Below are positions 24,433 to 33,359 of a stretch of DNA of 64,000 nt, piece by piece. A program made the position numbers and the translations under genes. The first letter of the stretch is position 1. Every line of letters begins with the position of its first letter. Source of the DNA: a virus; IMG/VR virus record IMGVR_UViG_3300028025_000097, one strand, 5' to 3'. The notes beneath the pieces are model-generated. The model saw nothing but the letters and a program-made list of their open reading frames with translations, did no database searches and had not been told where the DNA came from.

Positions 24433-27003
24433 CTAAGCAAAGAAATCTTCTAAACTCGTTGAAGTATTTTCTTCTGCTGTCCAACCAATCTTTTCGATAA
24501 TACCATTCAACGGTTCAATAAAAGCTTTTTCAAATTGGGTATGATAGTCGATATGCCGGTGAAGTTCAAACTCTTTAGGCAATTCACCTGGGCATGATAT
24601 GACTGACATACCATATTTATTAGGCGTAAGGTAACAGAACTTAATCTTTTCACCGTCCATGATATATTGATACTTTTTCTCCATGGTTTTTGCACGAATG
24701 ATATGGTTGTAACACAGAGCACCTCTTACTTGAATAGGAGTACCTTTTGCATAGACGTCTTGCTTACGAGAATACTTATTCATACCGTTACACCCACGAG
24801 GAAAGGCAATCTGTTCGAATGAAAGAGTGAAGAATTCGTCCTTGAATTTCTTCACGAACTCGATGAGTGCCTTATTGTCTTGAGTCATGATAATCTTAAG
24901 AGCTTTCTTAATAGACTCTCTACACGACAGAGGAGTAGAAGACTTAACAGCTTCAATGCCCATAATCTTGAGTTTAGGTTCAGCATAGCGCACTCCTTCG
25001 GAATCGTGTACGTTTAAGATGTATCGTTTCTTGGCAGTCCAGATACCTTTGTCAGCAATCGACTCACGCTTCATCTTCATCTTCTGATCATAGGCATTCG
25101 TATAAGTTGCAAGTTTAGCATAAGATGCATCGATAAAGGGTTCAAGCTTTTCACGACATACTTTATTCAAATACTCTACGATCTTTGTAGTATCCTTCTC
25201 GCCAGGAAACACATGATCGACCAATCCACTTAGGTTGATATAGATGGAATCTGTGTCTGATGCAATAATATAGTCTTTATCCGTTTTAAGAATGTTATTG
25301 AGATACTTATTCATCTCATTTTCGATCCATCGAATGGATACCTGACCTGCAAGAGTGATGCATTCTGCCAAAGCGATCTGATAGTATCGAAAGAACTTAT
25401 TGCCTAGTGCGCCATAAGCTGAGTTCAACATGATCTTGAAAGCCATCTGAAGATTGTTGTATCGCGCGATCTGCTTTTCAAGTTCAAACGTCTTGTTCTT
25501 CTGATATTCCTTCTGAGCCTCGATCATCTTCTTCTTGTAGATCGTACGCTTATTATAATACATCTCCATTAGTTCTGGCAAGAAACCTTGCTTATCACGA
25601 CGAAAGATACAACGATTAGGAGTCTTGATAAGATCTGTATCCCATTCATCTGCTTCACCAGCAAGGAATCGATCTACATCCTTTTGACCAGAGATTTGAC
25701 CATAATACGTTTCAGGTGAGATGTTGTACTGCATGATAAGGTGAGGATATAGGCTATTCAAGTCGAATGAGCATACCCAATCATGGATACCAACCTGAGG
25801 TACTTTTACATATGCACCTGCAAATGATGTCTCAAATCCATCATCGTTTTGAATACCACCTTCAGATAAGTTTTCTAAAGAACCAATCATAGCATAAGGA
25901 ATATCTGGAATGCTTTCCTTTGGAGTTACTACGATATTACGTTCAAGCAAGAAGTTATGACTGATGATGTCCCATAGTTTTACTACACCAAAGGTATCAG
26001 CATAGTTAACTTTTGCGGCATATGCCATAGCGAATACAAGCTCGATCAGCTTAAGCTTATCTTCAAGTCTTTCAATCAGATCTACGTCTTTGATATTGTA
26101 ATCGATGAATAGTTGGAAGTTGTTCTTATACAACTCATGTAGATTACCATATTCAGAGTAGTCTAACTTCTTTTCTCCGAGTTCGACCATGGCGATATGA
26201 TCTAACTTATACGATTCCTGATTAGAATAAGTGAACTTCTTATAGAGCTGAATGTAATCAAGAGTGGTGATACCCATGATGTCATATACATTAAAATGGC
26301 CATTGGCTTTACCACGACTGACATGCTTTTCATTGACGATACCCCATGGAGACAGACGTTTCATGTTGTCTTCACCAAGGACTTTGGTCAATCGATTGAC
26401 TAGATATGGAATATCGAATGATTCAATGTTCCAACCAGTGATCACATCAGGATCCATGATCCGCCATGCACGAAGGAACTGCTCAAGAAGATTGGCTTCG
26501 TCTTTACACTTGATATACTTTACGTTCTCGTCAGAGTTCTTATACTCACCACAACCAAAGACTATCATCTGTCCTTTGAACTTGATACCAATAGCTGTGA
26601 CTTCTTTGTCTGCTAGTTCAGGTCTTGGGAATCCATCATCTGATGCTACCTCGATATCGAAATAAAGGATCTTGATCTTGTCAACGTCATATTCAACTTC
26701 ATTACGAAAGTTATCAAATAACCAAAGATAGTTGAAAGAACGAGGACTTTGACCATGGACAGTAAAGTTATCTACATCTTTATATTTTTCTGCGAACTCT
26801 TTCGCTTCATAGATAGAATCGAAATCAAACTTTTCGACTGTGACGTCTTGGAGAGTCTTATAGACTGATGTGCTATCCGCTTTCTTGGATTCGACAAAGA
26901 GATATGGCTTGTATCGAATCTTACGCTGCACAGCTTTGCCATTCTCATACCCGCGATAAAGGATGTTATCTCCGCGTTGGATGACTGAGGTATAGAATTT
27001 CAT
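24433..27003 (-). CDS. gp43: family B DNA polymerase
   Basis: FDIEV exonuclease motif, SFDLNSLYPH, KIMLNSAYG, SDTDS; start MKFYTS after AAGGA. Confidence 0.97.
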   Translation of the reverse strand: MKFYTSVIQRGDNILYRGYENGKAVQRKIRYKPYLFVESKKADSTSVYKTLQDVTVEKFDFDSIYEAKEFAEKYKDVDNFTVHGQSPRSFNYLWLFDNFRNEVEYDVDKIKILYFDIEVASDDGFPRPELADKEVTAIGIKFKGQMIVFGCGEYKNSDENVKYIKCKDEANLLEQFLRAWRIMDPDVITGWNIESFDIPYLVNRLTKVLGEDNMKRLSPWGIVNEKHVSRGKANGHFNVYDIMGITTLDYIQLYKKFTYSNQESYKLDHIAMVELGEKKLDYSEYGNLHELYKNNFQLFIDYNIKDVDLIERLEDKLKLIELVFAMAYAAKVNYADTFGVVKLWDIISHNFLLERNIVVTPKESIPDIPYAMIGSLENLSEGGIQNDDGFETSFAGAYVKVPQVGIHDWVCSFDLNSLYPHLIMQYNISPETYYGQISGQKDVDRFLAGEADEWDTDLIKTPNRCIFRRDKQGFLPELMEMYYNKRTIYKKKMIEAQKEYQKNKTFELEKQIARYNNLQMAFKIMLNSAYGALGNKFFRYYQIALAECITLAGQVSIRWIENEMNKYLNNILKTDKDYIIASDTDSIYINLSGLVDHVFPGEKDTTKIVEYLNKVCREKLEPFIDASYAKLATYTNAYDQKMKMKRESIADKGIWTAKKRYILNVHDSEGVRYAEPKLKIMGIEAVKSSTPLSCRESIKKALKIIMTQDNKALIEFVKKFKDEFFTLSFEQIAFPRGCNGMNKYSRKQDVYAKGTPIQVRGALCYNHIIRAKTMEKKYQYIMDGEKIKFCYLTPNKYGMSVISCPGELPKEFELHRHIDYHTQFEKAFIEPLNGIIEKIGWTAEENTSTSLEDFFA

Positions 27004-27014
27004 AACATTATCCT

Positions 27015-27022
27015 TATAAATA
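27015..27022 (+). promoter_or_regulatory. T4-type late promoter for endolysin
   Basis: TATAAATA within the gp43 leader. Confidence 0.7.
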
Positions 27023-27040
27023 CATTCAGGGTACACGTTG

Positions 27041-27069
27041 ATTGTACCATAATAAAACAAATAAAAACA
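27041..27069 (-). promoter_or_regulatory. putative gp43 promoter (extended -10)
   Basis: TGTTTT-17-TACAAT with TG extension. Confidence 0.5.
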
Positions 27070-27087
27070 CTATTTAAGGGGTCTCGC

Positions 27088-27705
27088 ATGAGTTTAAAAG
27101 ATTTTCAAAGTAAGATTGGTGTAACGGCTGATGGCGCATGGGGTCCGGGGACGCTTAAGGCTGCTGTAGAATTCTTGAAGATGCCTAAAGTGCGCGCTGC
27201 TCATTTCTTTGCTCAAACTTCTCATGAAAGTGGTGGCTTTAAATCTCTTTCAGAAAACCTAAACTATAGTGCTGACGGTCTTGTAAAGATCTTCCGTAAA
27301 TATTTCCCTGATGTTGCCGCTGCTACTCCTTATGCCAGAAATCCAGAAAAGATTGCCAATAAGGTATATGGTGGTCGTATGGGTAATGGTGATGAGGCCT
27401 CAGGTGAAGGTTTCAAGTATCGCGGTCGTGGCGCCATTCAGTTAACTGGTAAAGATAACTACGCTGCATTCGCCAAAGCAATCGATCGTCCTGATGTGCT
27501 TACTAATCCAGACATTGTTTCTGGTGAGCTTGCATTTGAATCTGCTATGTTCTTCTTTGATAAGAATAAGCTTTGGGACATTTGTGATAAAGGTATCAAT
27601 GATGAAACCATTACAGCTCTTACAAAGAGAATCAATGGTGGTACAATTGGTTTAGAAGATCGTAAGAAACATACTTACGAGTATGCTAAACTTCTAGGAG
27701 TTTAA
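27088..27705 (+). CDS. endolysin, glycoside hydrolase family 19 with short PG-binding-like N-terminus
   Basis: ADGAWGPGT; AHFFAQTSHESGGF, ENLNYS, YRGRGAIQLTGKDNY, TKRINGG. Confidence 0.9.
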   Translation: MSLKDFQSKIGVTADGAWGPGTLKAAVEFLKMPKVRAAHFFAQTSHESGGFKSLSENLNYSADGLVKIFRKYFPDVAAATPYARNPEKIANKVYGGRMGNGDEASGEGFKYRGRGAIQLTGKDNYAAFAKAIDRPDVLTNPDIVSGELAFESAMFFFDKNKLWDICDKGINDETITALTKRINGGTIGLEDRKKHTYEYAKLLGV

Positions 27706-27707
27706 TG

Positions 27708-27736
27708 AAAAGGGGAGCAAAGGCTCCCCTTCTCTT
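27708..27736. terminator. intrinsic terminator, probably bidirectional
   Basis: AAAAGGGGAGC-AAAG-GCTCCCCTTCTC between convergent genes. Confidence 0.75.
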
Positions 27737-27743
27737 ATCTGTC

Positions 27744-27836
27744 TTAATGAATCGTTTTGATTACATAACTTAGCATTGCTGCACAATTAAATACAATCAA
27801 TAAAGTTAAAACAATATTATTTTTGATTAAGCTCAT
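27744..27836 (-). CDS. 30-aa single-TM peptide (not in ORF track)
   Basis: MSLIKNNIVLTLLIVFNCAAMLSYVIKTIH*; GGAGG RBS, ATGA overlap with hsp20 stop. Confidence 0.5.
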   Translation of the reverse strand: MSLIKNNIVLTLLIVFNCAAMLSYVIKTIH

Positions 27837-28306
27837 TTTTCCTCCGCAAGAAACTGTTTAGTAGTAGTTGGTTCTTTAATCTCGATCTTCTTGGGTTTCT
27901 TATGCTCAGGAATAATACGCTCCAGAATAATCTGAAGAATTCCGTTTAGCATCTCAGCGCCCTTAATTTCGATGGAATCGTTTAGAGAGAATGTTCGCGT
28001 AAAAGCACGAGTGCTGATACCTTTATAAAGATATGGGTTAGTTTCATCGTTATTAGATTTACCTGTAACGATTAACTTATCTTCGACAAACTCAATTTCG
28101 ATATCAGAACGACCAAAACCAGCTACTGCAAGCTCGATTGCGTACTTATTCTCATCGATTTTCTTGATGTTGTACGGAGGATAATGGGGAATGCTCTTTG
28201 TGAAGTCGTCATGAAGTTTTGAAGCTTCATTGAAAACGTGATCAAAGCCAACAAAGAACGAATTGAAGGCGTCCCAATTTTTTGGGACAAAGTATGTCTT
28301 AGTCAT
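27833..28306 (-). CDS. hsp20: small heat shock protein (IbpA-like)
   Basis: YPPYNI, IELAVAGF, YLYKGISTRAFTRTF, NGILQI.LERIIPE. Confidence 0.93.
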   Translation of the reverse strand: MTKTYFVPKNWDAFNSFFVGFDHVFNEASKLHDDFTKSIPHYPPYNIKKIDENKYAIELAVAGFGRSDIEIEFVEDKLIVTGKSNNDETNPYLYKGISTRAFTRTFSLNDSIEIKGAEMLNGILQIILERIIPEHKKPKKIEIKEPTTTKQFLAEEK

Positions 28307-28390
28307 AAGACCTCCTGTTAAGCAAGGTTAATAAATTGGCAGTTTATACGCTACTGCCAAACGCGCCACCCCGAAGGCATGGCAATCTCA
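28304..28390 (-). promoter_or_regulatory. ROSE-like RNA thermometer in hsp20 5' UTR
   Basis: Three hairpins; the last is ACC-UUGCU-UAAC-AGGA-GGU, sequestering the SD. Confidence 0.6.
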
Positions 28391-28395
28391 AAATC

Positions 28396-28403
28396 TATTT
28401 ATA
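28396..28403 (-). promoter_or_regulatory. T4-type late promoter (hsp20)
   Basis: TATAAATA. Confidence 0.7.
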
Positions 28404-28799
28404 TTACTTTCTTCTTCCGATGTTATATTTAGCGACTAGTTCCCAATCATCTTTCTCTTTATGAGAGATGATCTTGATCTGACTGATAGGAGCCATTAGT
28501 TCTGCAATATATTCTGGACGTACAACCTTAAGTAAACCCCATTGCTCTAGTAGAGTAGCAATGGTGTTCCTTCTAGACATATCATCTTCAGAGAAATTAG
28601 ATGGCTTACCGTCTAACATAAACAATTCTTTAAAATGCACGATATAATACTTTCCCTGCTTATGCAGGATATGACACGATTGATAAAGAGTATTATCTTT
28701 CTTCGATGCTACACCAATACGGGTCAATGTTTCTTTTATTTTAAGGAAATCTTCTTGTTCTAAGAGACTCACCTCAACTAGGGAATCAACTACACTCAT
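28404..28799 (-). CDS. regA: translational repressor RegA
   Basis: DFLKIKETLTRIGVAS, LYQSCHILHKQGKYYIVHFKELF. Confidence 0.96.
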   Translation of the reverse strand: MSVVDSLVEVSLLEQEDFLKIKETLTRIGVASKKDNTLYQSCHILHKQGKYYIVHFKELFMLDGKPSNFSEDDMSRRNTIATLLEQWGLLKVVRPEYIAELMAPISQIKIISHKEKDDWELVAKYNIGRRK

Positions 28800-29191
28800 T
28801 TTTTTATCACTCCGCCTTTTTGTAATTTATTTTTTAGCAGATCCAATTCTTCTTTATTTATAATTGATAGGATTTCTGCGGCGCGAGTGTAGTTGCATTG
28901 ATAATATTGGGTTATAGCTTCAATATCTTTATCTTCGGCTTTTTTAGACCATTTACTAAACCTTTTCTTTTTAGGAATACCATTTAGATAATATTCAAAT
29001 TGTAGTTTATTGTCTACATGAGCATACTGATTGATTTCATTTGCATATAGAATAGTATCAACAAAATAAGATAATGATTTATTGACCATGAAAGGAGTAT
29101 ATCCCTTCTCTGCCAACTCGTCATTTTCAGTTCCTACCATTAGGTTCTTCTTCGTATCATTGATAGCATTTACGAAGTCGAACGGGTTCAT
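28796..29191 (-). CDS. gp62: clamp loader small subunit
   Basis: Y.PFMVNKSLS, ANEIN, KRFSKW; synteny. Confidence 0.9.
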   Translation of the reverse strand: MNPFDFVNAINDTKKNLMVGTENDELAEKGYTPFMVNKSLSYFVDTILYANEINQYAHVDNKLQFEYYLNGIPKKKRFSKWSKKAEDKDIEAITQYYQCNYTRAAEILSIINKEELDLLKNKLQKGGVIKK

Positions 29192-30129
29192 ACAAATTCA
29201 CACTCTGTCATGATCATAGTCAAACATGCTACAGTATTGATTTCAGGATCAGCAACGAATGCAGCTTTGAACTGATAGTCACCAATGATCAACACCAACT
29301 GAGGGATAGATGCAGGTTTAATGTGCTGAATAGCATTGTCGTAGATCTTGCGAAATAAGACATGAGATTCAATATCACTATTCTCGCCTACCCACTTTCG
29401 CATGTTGCTAAACGACTTAGCCTTCAGATAACCAAATAGGTTCTTAAAGCTTTCATCGCCTAGATTGGCAAGGATACCACTATCGATCTTACCTGTAGCA
29501 GAATAGCGTTGAAGTTCATTTAGTACTCGTCTCCAATCTGGAAAGTACTTGCTAATGACTTCGGCGACTGCACCATCATCATACTGAACCTTTTCAGTGT
29601 CAAGGATATTCTTGATGCGCTTCATGAACTGAGAAGCTAACTTAGCTTTCTCATTATTAGGAAGCTTAAAGTCAATGACTGTGCATCGACTATGAAGCGG
29701 TTCAATAATCTTGTTCTTGAAGTTACATGTAAGGATAAATCCACAGTTCTTTGAGAACTCTTCCATGAAGTTTCTCAAAGCAGGTTGAGTACTATTTGGA
29801 TTTAGATAGTCTGCTTCGTCTAAGATAACATACTTTCTTCCACCCATCAATGACATAGAAGAAGCAAACTGGCTGATATCTACACGAAGAGTATCGATGT
29901 TACCATTCATCGATCCATTGATAATCATATAATCGCAATTGAGTTGCTCAAGCATGGCTCGAGCCACAGTGGTTTTACCCACTCCAGCTCGGCCAGTCAA
30001 GAGCATATTTGGAATTGTACCTTTATCTACGAATTGCTGGAAAGTATTCTTCAAATCAGTAGGAAGAATGCACTGCTCAATCGTTTTAGGACGATAAAGC
30101 TGGGACCACAAAAAATCATCACGAACCAT
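29188..30129 (-). CDS. gp44: clamp loader large subunit
   Basis: YRP, GRAGVGKTT, LDEADYL, QPALRNFMEEFS, HSRC. Confidence 0.95.
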   Translation of the reverse strand: MVRDDFLWSQLYRPKTIEQCILPTDLKNTFQQFVDKGTIPNMLLTGRAGVGKTTVARAMLEQLNCDYMIINGSMNGNIDTLRVDISQFASSMSLMGGRKYVILDEADYLNPNSTQPALRNFMEEFSKNCGFILTCNFKNKIIEPLHSRCTVIDFKLPNNEKAKLASQFMKRIKNILDTEKVQYDDGAVAEVISKYFPDWRRVLNELQRYSATGKIDSGILANLGDESFKNLFGYLKAKSFSNMRKWVGENSDIESHVLFRKIYDNAIQHIKPASIPQLVLIIGDYQFKAAFVADPEINTVACLTMIMTECEFV

Positions 30130-30148
30130 AATATAAAACTCCAATCAA

Positions 30149-30388
30149 TTAAATAACAACAGATTCGTATAAGGTCTGAAATTCCTCCATTTCCATTACT
30201 TCTTCAGTAAATGAGTTGTTATGATACACCTTAGCCATCTTACGAAGAATTCGTTTATTCATATTAAACTTTTCAGAGGCATCTGTAATAGCTTCTTTTT
30301 GAAACTCCTTCTCAGACTTCACACGAAGCATAGAGTTAGAAAGTTCATCAAGAACACTTTTCAGTGCCTTCTTATCAACATCAATCAT
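30149..30388 (-). CDS. DsbA-like dsDNA-binding protein
   Basis: ELSNSMLR...RKMAKVYH...F.EE..E...LYE resembles T4 DsbA. Confidence 0.65.
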   Translation of the reverse strand: MIDVDKKALKSVLDELSNSMLRVKSEKEFQKEAITDASEKFNMNKRILRKMAKVYHNNSFTEEVMEMEEFQTLYESVVI

Positions 30389-30390
30389 TA

Positions 30391-31050
30391 TTAATCCTCG
30401 TAGGTAGAAGTAGATTCAGTAGTAATCCAATACTGTACACCATCATCAGACACAAAGTGGCCGATACCCTTAGCGACAAATACGTCATAAGACTTACTCA
30501 TCATCTTAAGATTGTTGCAAGAGAAGATGATCTTAAACGTCTTACTGGTTTCCTTTACTTCGAGCTCAAACGTATTGTTTGAAGAATTCTTAGAATCCAT
30601 AGCTCGAAGGAGTAGACGACCATCTTCACCTACAAGAGCAATTTCTGGCAACTGAAGGACACTCGAAGCCCTCATTAGATTTTGAAGATTATCAGCAGTC
30701 AAATTAAACTCTACATATGACTCACCTACCTTGATGTCCTTATTCGGAGGAAGGATCATCGTGATAGGATCAGCATAGATAAAGTTTACGCTCTTACGAC
30801 CATCAGTAACCTTCACATAGTTATCACAAAGAAGGAGTTCTGGATCATCGAACAGAGACAGAACTCCTAGAAAACGATTCAAATCAAAGATGCCAAAGTC
30901 CTTTTCAATCGTCTCGTCAATCTGAGCTCGAGCCATTACCGTTTTAATCGGTGAAATGGTCGATAGTACATTACCAGTATTGAACATGATAGACGGATTG
31001 ATAGAGCTAAAGTTCTTTAGAATCTGAATCGTTTTTGCACTTAGTTTCAT
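30391..31050 (-). CDS. gp45: sliding clamp
   Basis: MKLSAKTIQILKNFSSINPSI, FGIFDLNRFL; synteny. Confidence 0.93.
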   Translation of the reverse strand: MKLSAKTIQILKNFSSINPSIMFNTGNVLSTISPIKTVMARAQIDETIEKDFGIFDLNRFLGVLSLFDDPELLLCDNYVKVTDGRKSVNFIYADPITMILPPNKDIKVGESYVEFNLTADNLQNLMRASSVLQLPEIALVGEDGRLLLRAMDSKNSSNNTFELEVKETSKTFKIIFSCNNLKMMSKSYDVFVAKGIGHFVSDDGVQYWITTESTSTYED

Positions 31051-31058
31051 AATAAACC

Positions 31059-31916
31059 TCACTTACCCTTTTTATGTGAATAGCTAGCATCAGCAGTAGC
31101 TGCAGCACCGATCGATGCTAGATCTGCAAGAGATCCACCAAAGATGTAAGTACCAACGTGTTGCAACTGCATCCAAGGACAGAACCATACCTGACCGCCC
31201 ATCTTCTGAACGTTATAACAGAACATGTAGTCTTCTGATAGGTAACGCTTAGAGACTGGATCGATGATACAATCAAAGAATGCCATAATCTCACGACTAC
31301 CATCAAAGTGTTCAGTACGAACATGATCAGGCTTATAAGAAAGCTCAGGAAATGCTTCTTGATATTTCTCAAACGTACGGCGACGAATCATCATGAATCC
31401 AGTACCAATTTCAGATACTTCAACTGGTTCACCAATTGGGATCTGAGCTTGACCAGACTTAGGATTGAACACATAATCACCGACATATTTTTCTAGATTA
31501 TTTGGATTATCGTCAGCAACACCTTTATCTACGGCGAGCTTAATCTTTTCCCAAGAGATGCACTTCTTAGGATATGGACCACCGATAACGTCGTATGGAC
31601 TTGCATCGTCTTGAATAGCAAGAAGCGCAATAACGTCATTTGGATTGAATCCAATATCACTGTCAATGAACATCAAGTGAGTCGCGCCTGAACGCATAAA
31701 CTCGTCAGCACAATAGTTGCGTGCTCGAGTAATCAGAGATTCGTTGAATAGGAAGTACAGCTGAAGAGGAATACCGTATTGGGTACAGATAGCTGATAGA
31801 TCGGCGACTGAACGGGCAAACATGCCTGTGCACTGACCACCATACATGGGCACCGCTAGGAATAGCTTACGCGTTCTTAGAACTTCTACAGGAACTTTTA
31901 CTTGAAAATTAGACAT
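31059..31916 (-). CDS. GT-A fold glycosyltransferase-like protein
   Basis: ESLITRARN, THLMFIDSDI (DxD), GTGFMMI, YLSEDY.FC; own late promoter. Confidence 0.7.
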   Translation of the reverse strand: MSNFQVKVPVEVLRTRKLFLAVPMYGGQCTGMFARSVADLSAICTQYGIPLQLYFLFNESLITRARNYCADEFMRSGATHLMFIDSDIGFNPNDVIALLAIQDDASPYDVIGGPYPKKCISWEKIKLAVDKGVADDNPNNLEKYVGDYVFNPKSGQAQIPIGEPVEVSEIGTGFMMIRRRTFEKYQEAFPELSYKPDHVRTEHFDGSREIMAFFDCIIDPVSKRYLSEDYMFCYNVQKMGGQVWFCPWMQLQHVGTYIFGGSLADLASIGAAATADASYSHKKGK

Positions 31917-31979
31917 ATTTCACTCCAATGTTATAAGGACATTCATTCAAGACATGATGAAGCATCATTCTACTACACA

Positions 31980-31987
31980 TATTTATA
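31980..31987 (-). promoter_or_regulatory. T4-type late promoter
   Basis: TATAAATA. Confidence 0.65.
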
Positions 31988-31995
31988 TATGTACA

Positions 31996-32301
31996 TCATA
32001 CCAGTTCAGGTATATTTAAACGCATATCTTTTTCTTTTTGTTCTTGGGAATCTTGGACATACATCTCAATGATTGCATAATGGATGATCTTCATCAGATC
32101 CTTTCGATTGTAACCTCCCTTCTTACCGTATCGTTTAGCGTACTTCATGATGTTACCCATACAAAAACCAGTGCCATGACCAGCATCAATGATCATATCA
32201 GTCGCCTGATATTTGCCGCTATAGTGTTCGTTATAAGTTGCATCGATATATTTCATTACTGTATCGATAGAATTTTTTTCATTATATTTGTATGTAATCA
32301 C
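31996..32301 (-). CDS. DUF3310 family protein (T7 gp1.7-like putative nucleotide kinase)
   Basis: HY...GFCMGNIMKYAKRYGKK...DLMK..HY. Confidence 0.75.
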   Translation of the reverse strand: MITYKYNEKNSIDTVMKYIDATYNEHYSGKYQATDMIIDAGHGTGFCMGNIMKYAKRYGKKGGYNRKDLMKIIHYAIIEMYVQDSQEQKEKDMRLNIPELV

Positions 32302-33359
32302 GAGAAGAAATCCTCCAATGTTGTTGCCTGCTGTGTATTGTTATATTCTTTACCTTGCCAATGCGGGTAAAACTCTCGAGAAAGATGAACTGACTTAGGC
32401 TTTTCCATGAATGAAAAATCTAGTTCACCGTTCTGATTGATCATGTGCTTGGTCCATTCAAAGAGCTTTACATCATCTGTCTGTTGTTTCTTACATTCAT
32501 CGATGAATATGCTTCTTATCCTATCGCGATCTTTCCATGAACCATAAAATGGAGTGCCTTTATACCAACCAGTCTTAGGAATAGGACGACTCTCATTCTC
32601 AATAGGGAGAGGTTCATATATCTGTGCAGGAATATTGAATTGCTTCACTGCATCGAAGTAATTCTTAACTAGATCTCGAGTAGCTTTATCAGAATTACTT
32701 TGACGACAAAGATGATGACGAATATCAATGTTGCCAAAGTAAAATTCTAGTTGCTTAAATTCATACTGATTACTATAGATGAATTTGTCTAGACCTTCTT
32801 TGAGAGCTCCAAACAAGGTTTTGAACGGCACTGAGTTGACCATCCATCCGGGTCGATACATGCAGATAGCATGACTATCGCCACATGAGATCTTATCATA
32901 TGTCTTGATAAGATTAGGATCTACTACTTCTGCGCTATCCTGAATACGCTTCAGATTATCCCAATCAACTTGATACCAACGAGGATCTATGTCTTCTTGT
33001 TTATCTTTATCCGTCAGAATACGCATGCGTTCTTGAAGCATTGCATGGTAATCAGGAAAGTCGATACATATAGAATACACTTTGCCTTTAAAGTGCGAGA
33101 ACTCTTTGAAGTTATCCACATTAGCATACTCTTTCAATCCACCAAAAAGATTGAGAGTTCCACCCCAATCATTACCGTGATAGACATATATCGTATCATA
33201 GTCATGAACGTTCTTTAGATTGCCAGACATCGCAACATCGATGTCTACACCAGACTGCTTTATTTGATCGGCATAAATGATGCCTTGTGCTGCACGATGA
33301 CTACTAATACTCTTTGAGATAGGAGTAAAAGGACTCATCAATAAACATTTATTGCGCAT
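32298..33359 (-). CDS. hypothetical protein with SGNH/GDSL-hydrolase-like C-terminal domain
   Basis: GDSHA (block I), YFGNIDIR (block III-like), SVHL (block V-like). Confidence 0.5.
   Translation of the reverse strand: MRNKCLLMSPFTPISKSISSHRAAQGIIYADQIKQSGVDIDVAMSGNLKNVHDYDTIYVYHGNDWGGTLNLFGGLKEYANVDNFKEFSHFKGKVYSICIDFPDYHAMLQERMRILTDKDKQEDIDPRWYQVDWDNLKRIQDSAEVVDPNLIKTYDKISCGDSHAICMYRPGWMVNSVPFKTLFGALKEGLDKFIYSNQYEFKQLEFYFGNIDIRHHLCRQSNSDKATRDLVKNYFDAVKQFNIPAQIYEPLPIENESRPIPKTGWYKGTPFYGSWKDRDRIRSIFIDECKKQQTDDVKLFEWTKHMINQNGELDFSFMEKPKSVHLSREFYPHWQGKEYNNTQQATTLEDFFS

Noticed and set aside
25810-25920. Extra ~20 aa in gp43 before the palm as an intein or intron
   Set aside because: Too short, in frame, no splicing motifs; no introns or inteins evident in gp43, gp41, gp17 or gp20
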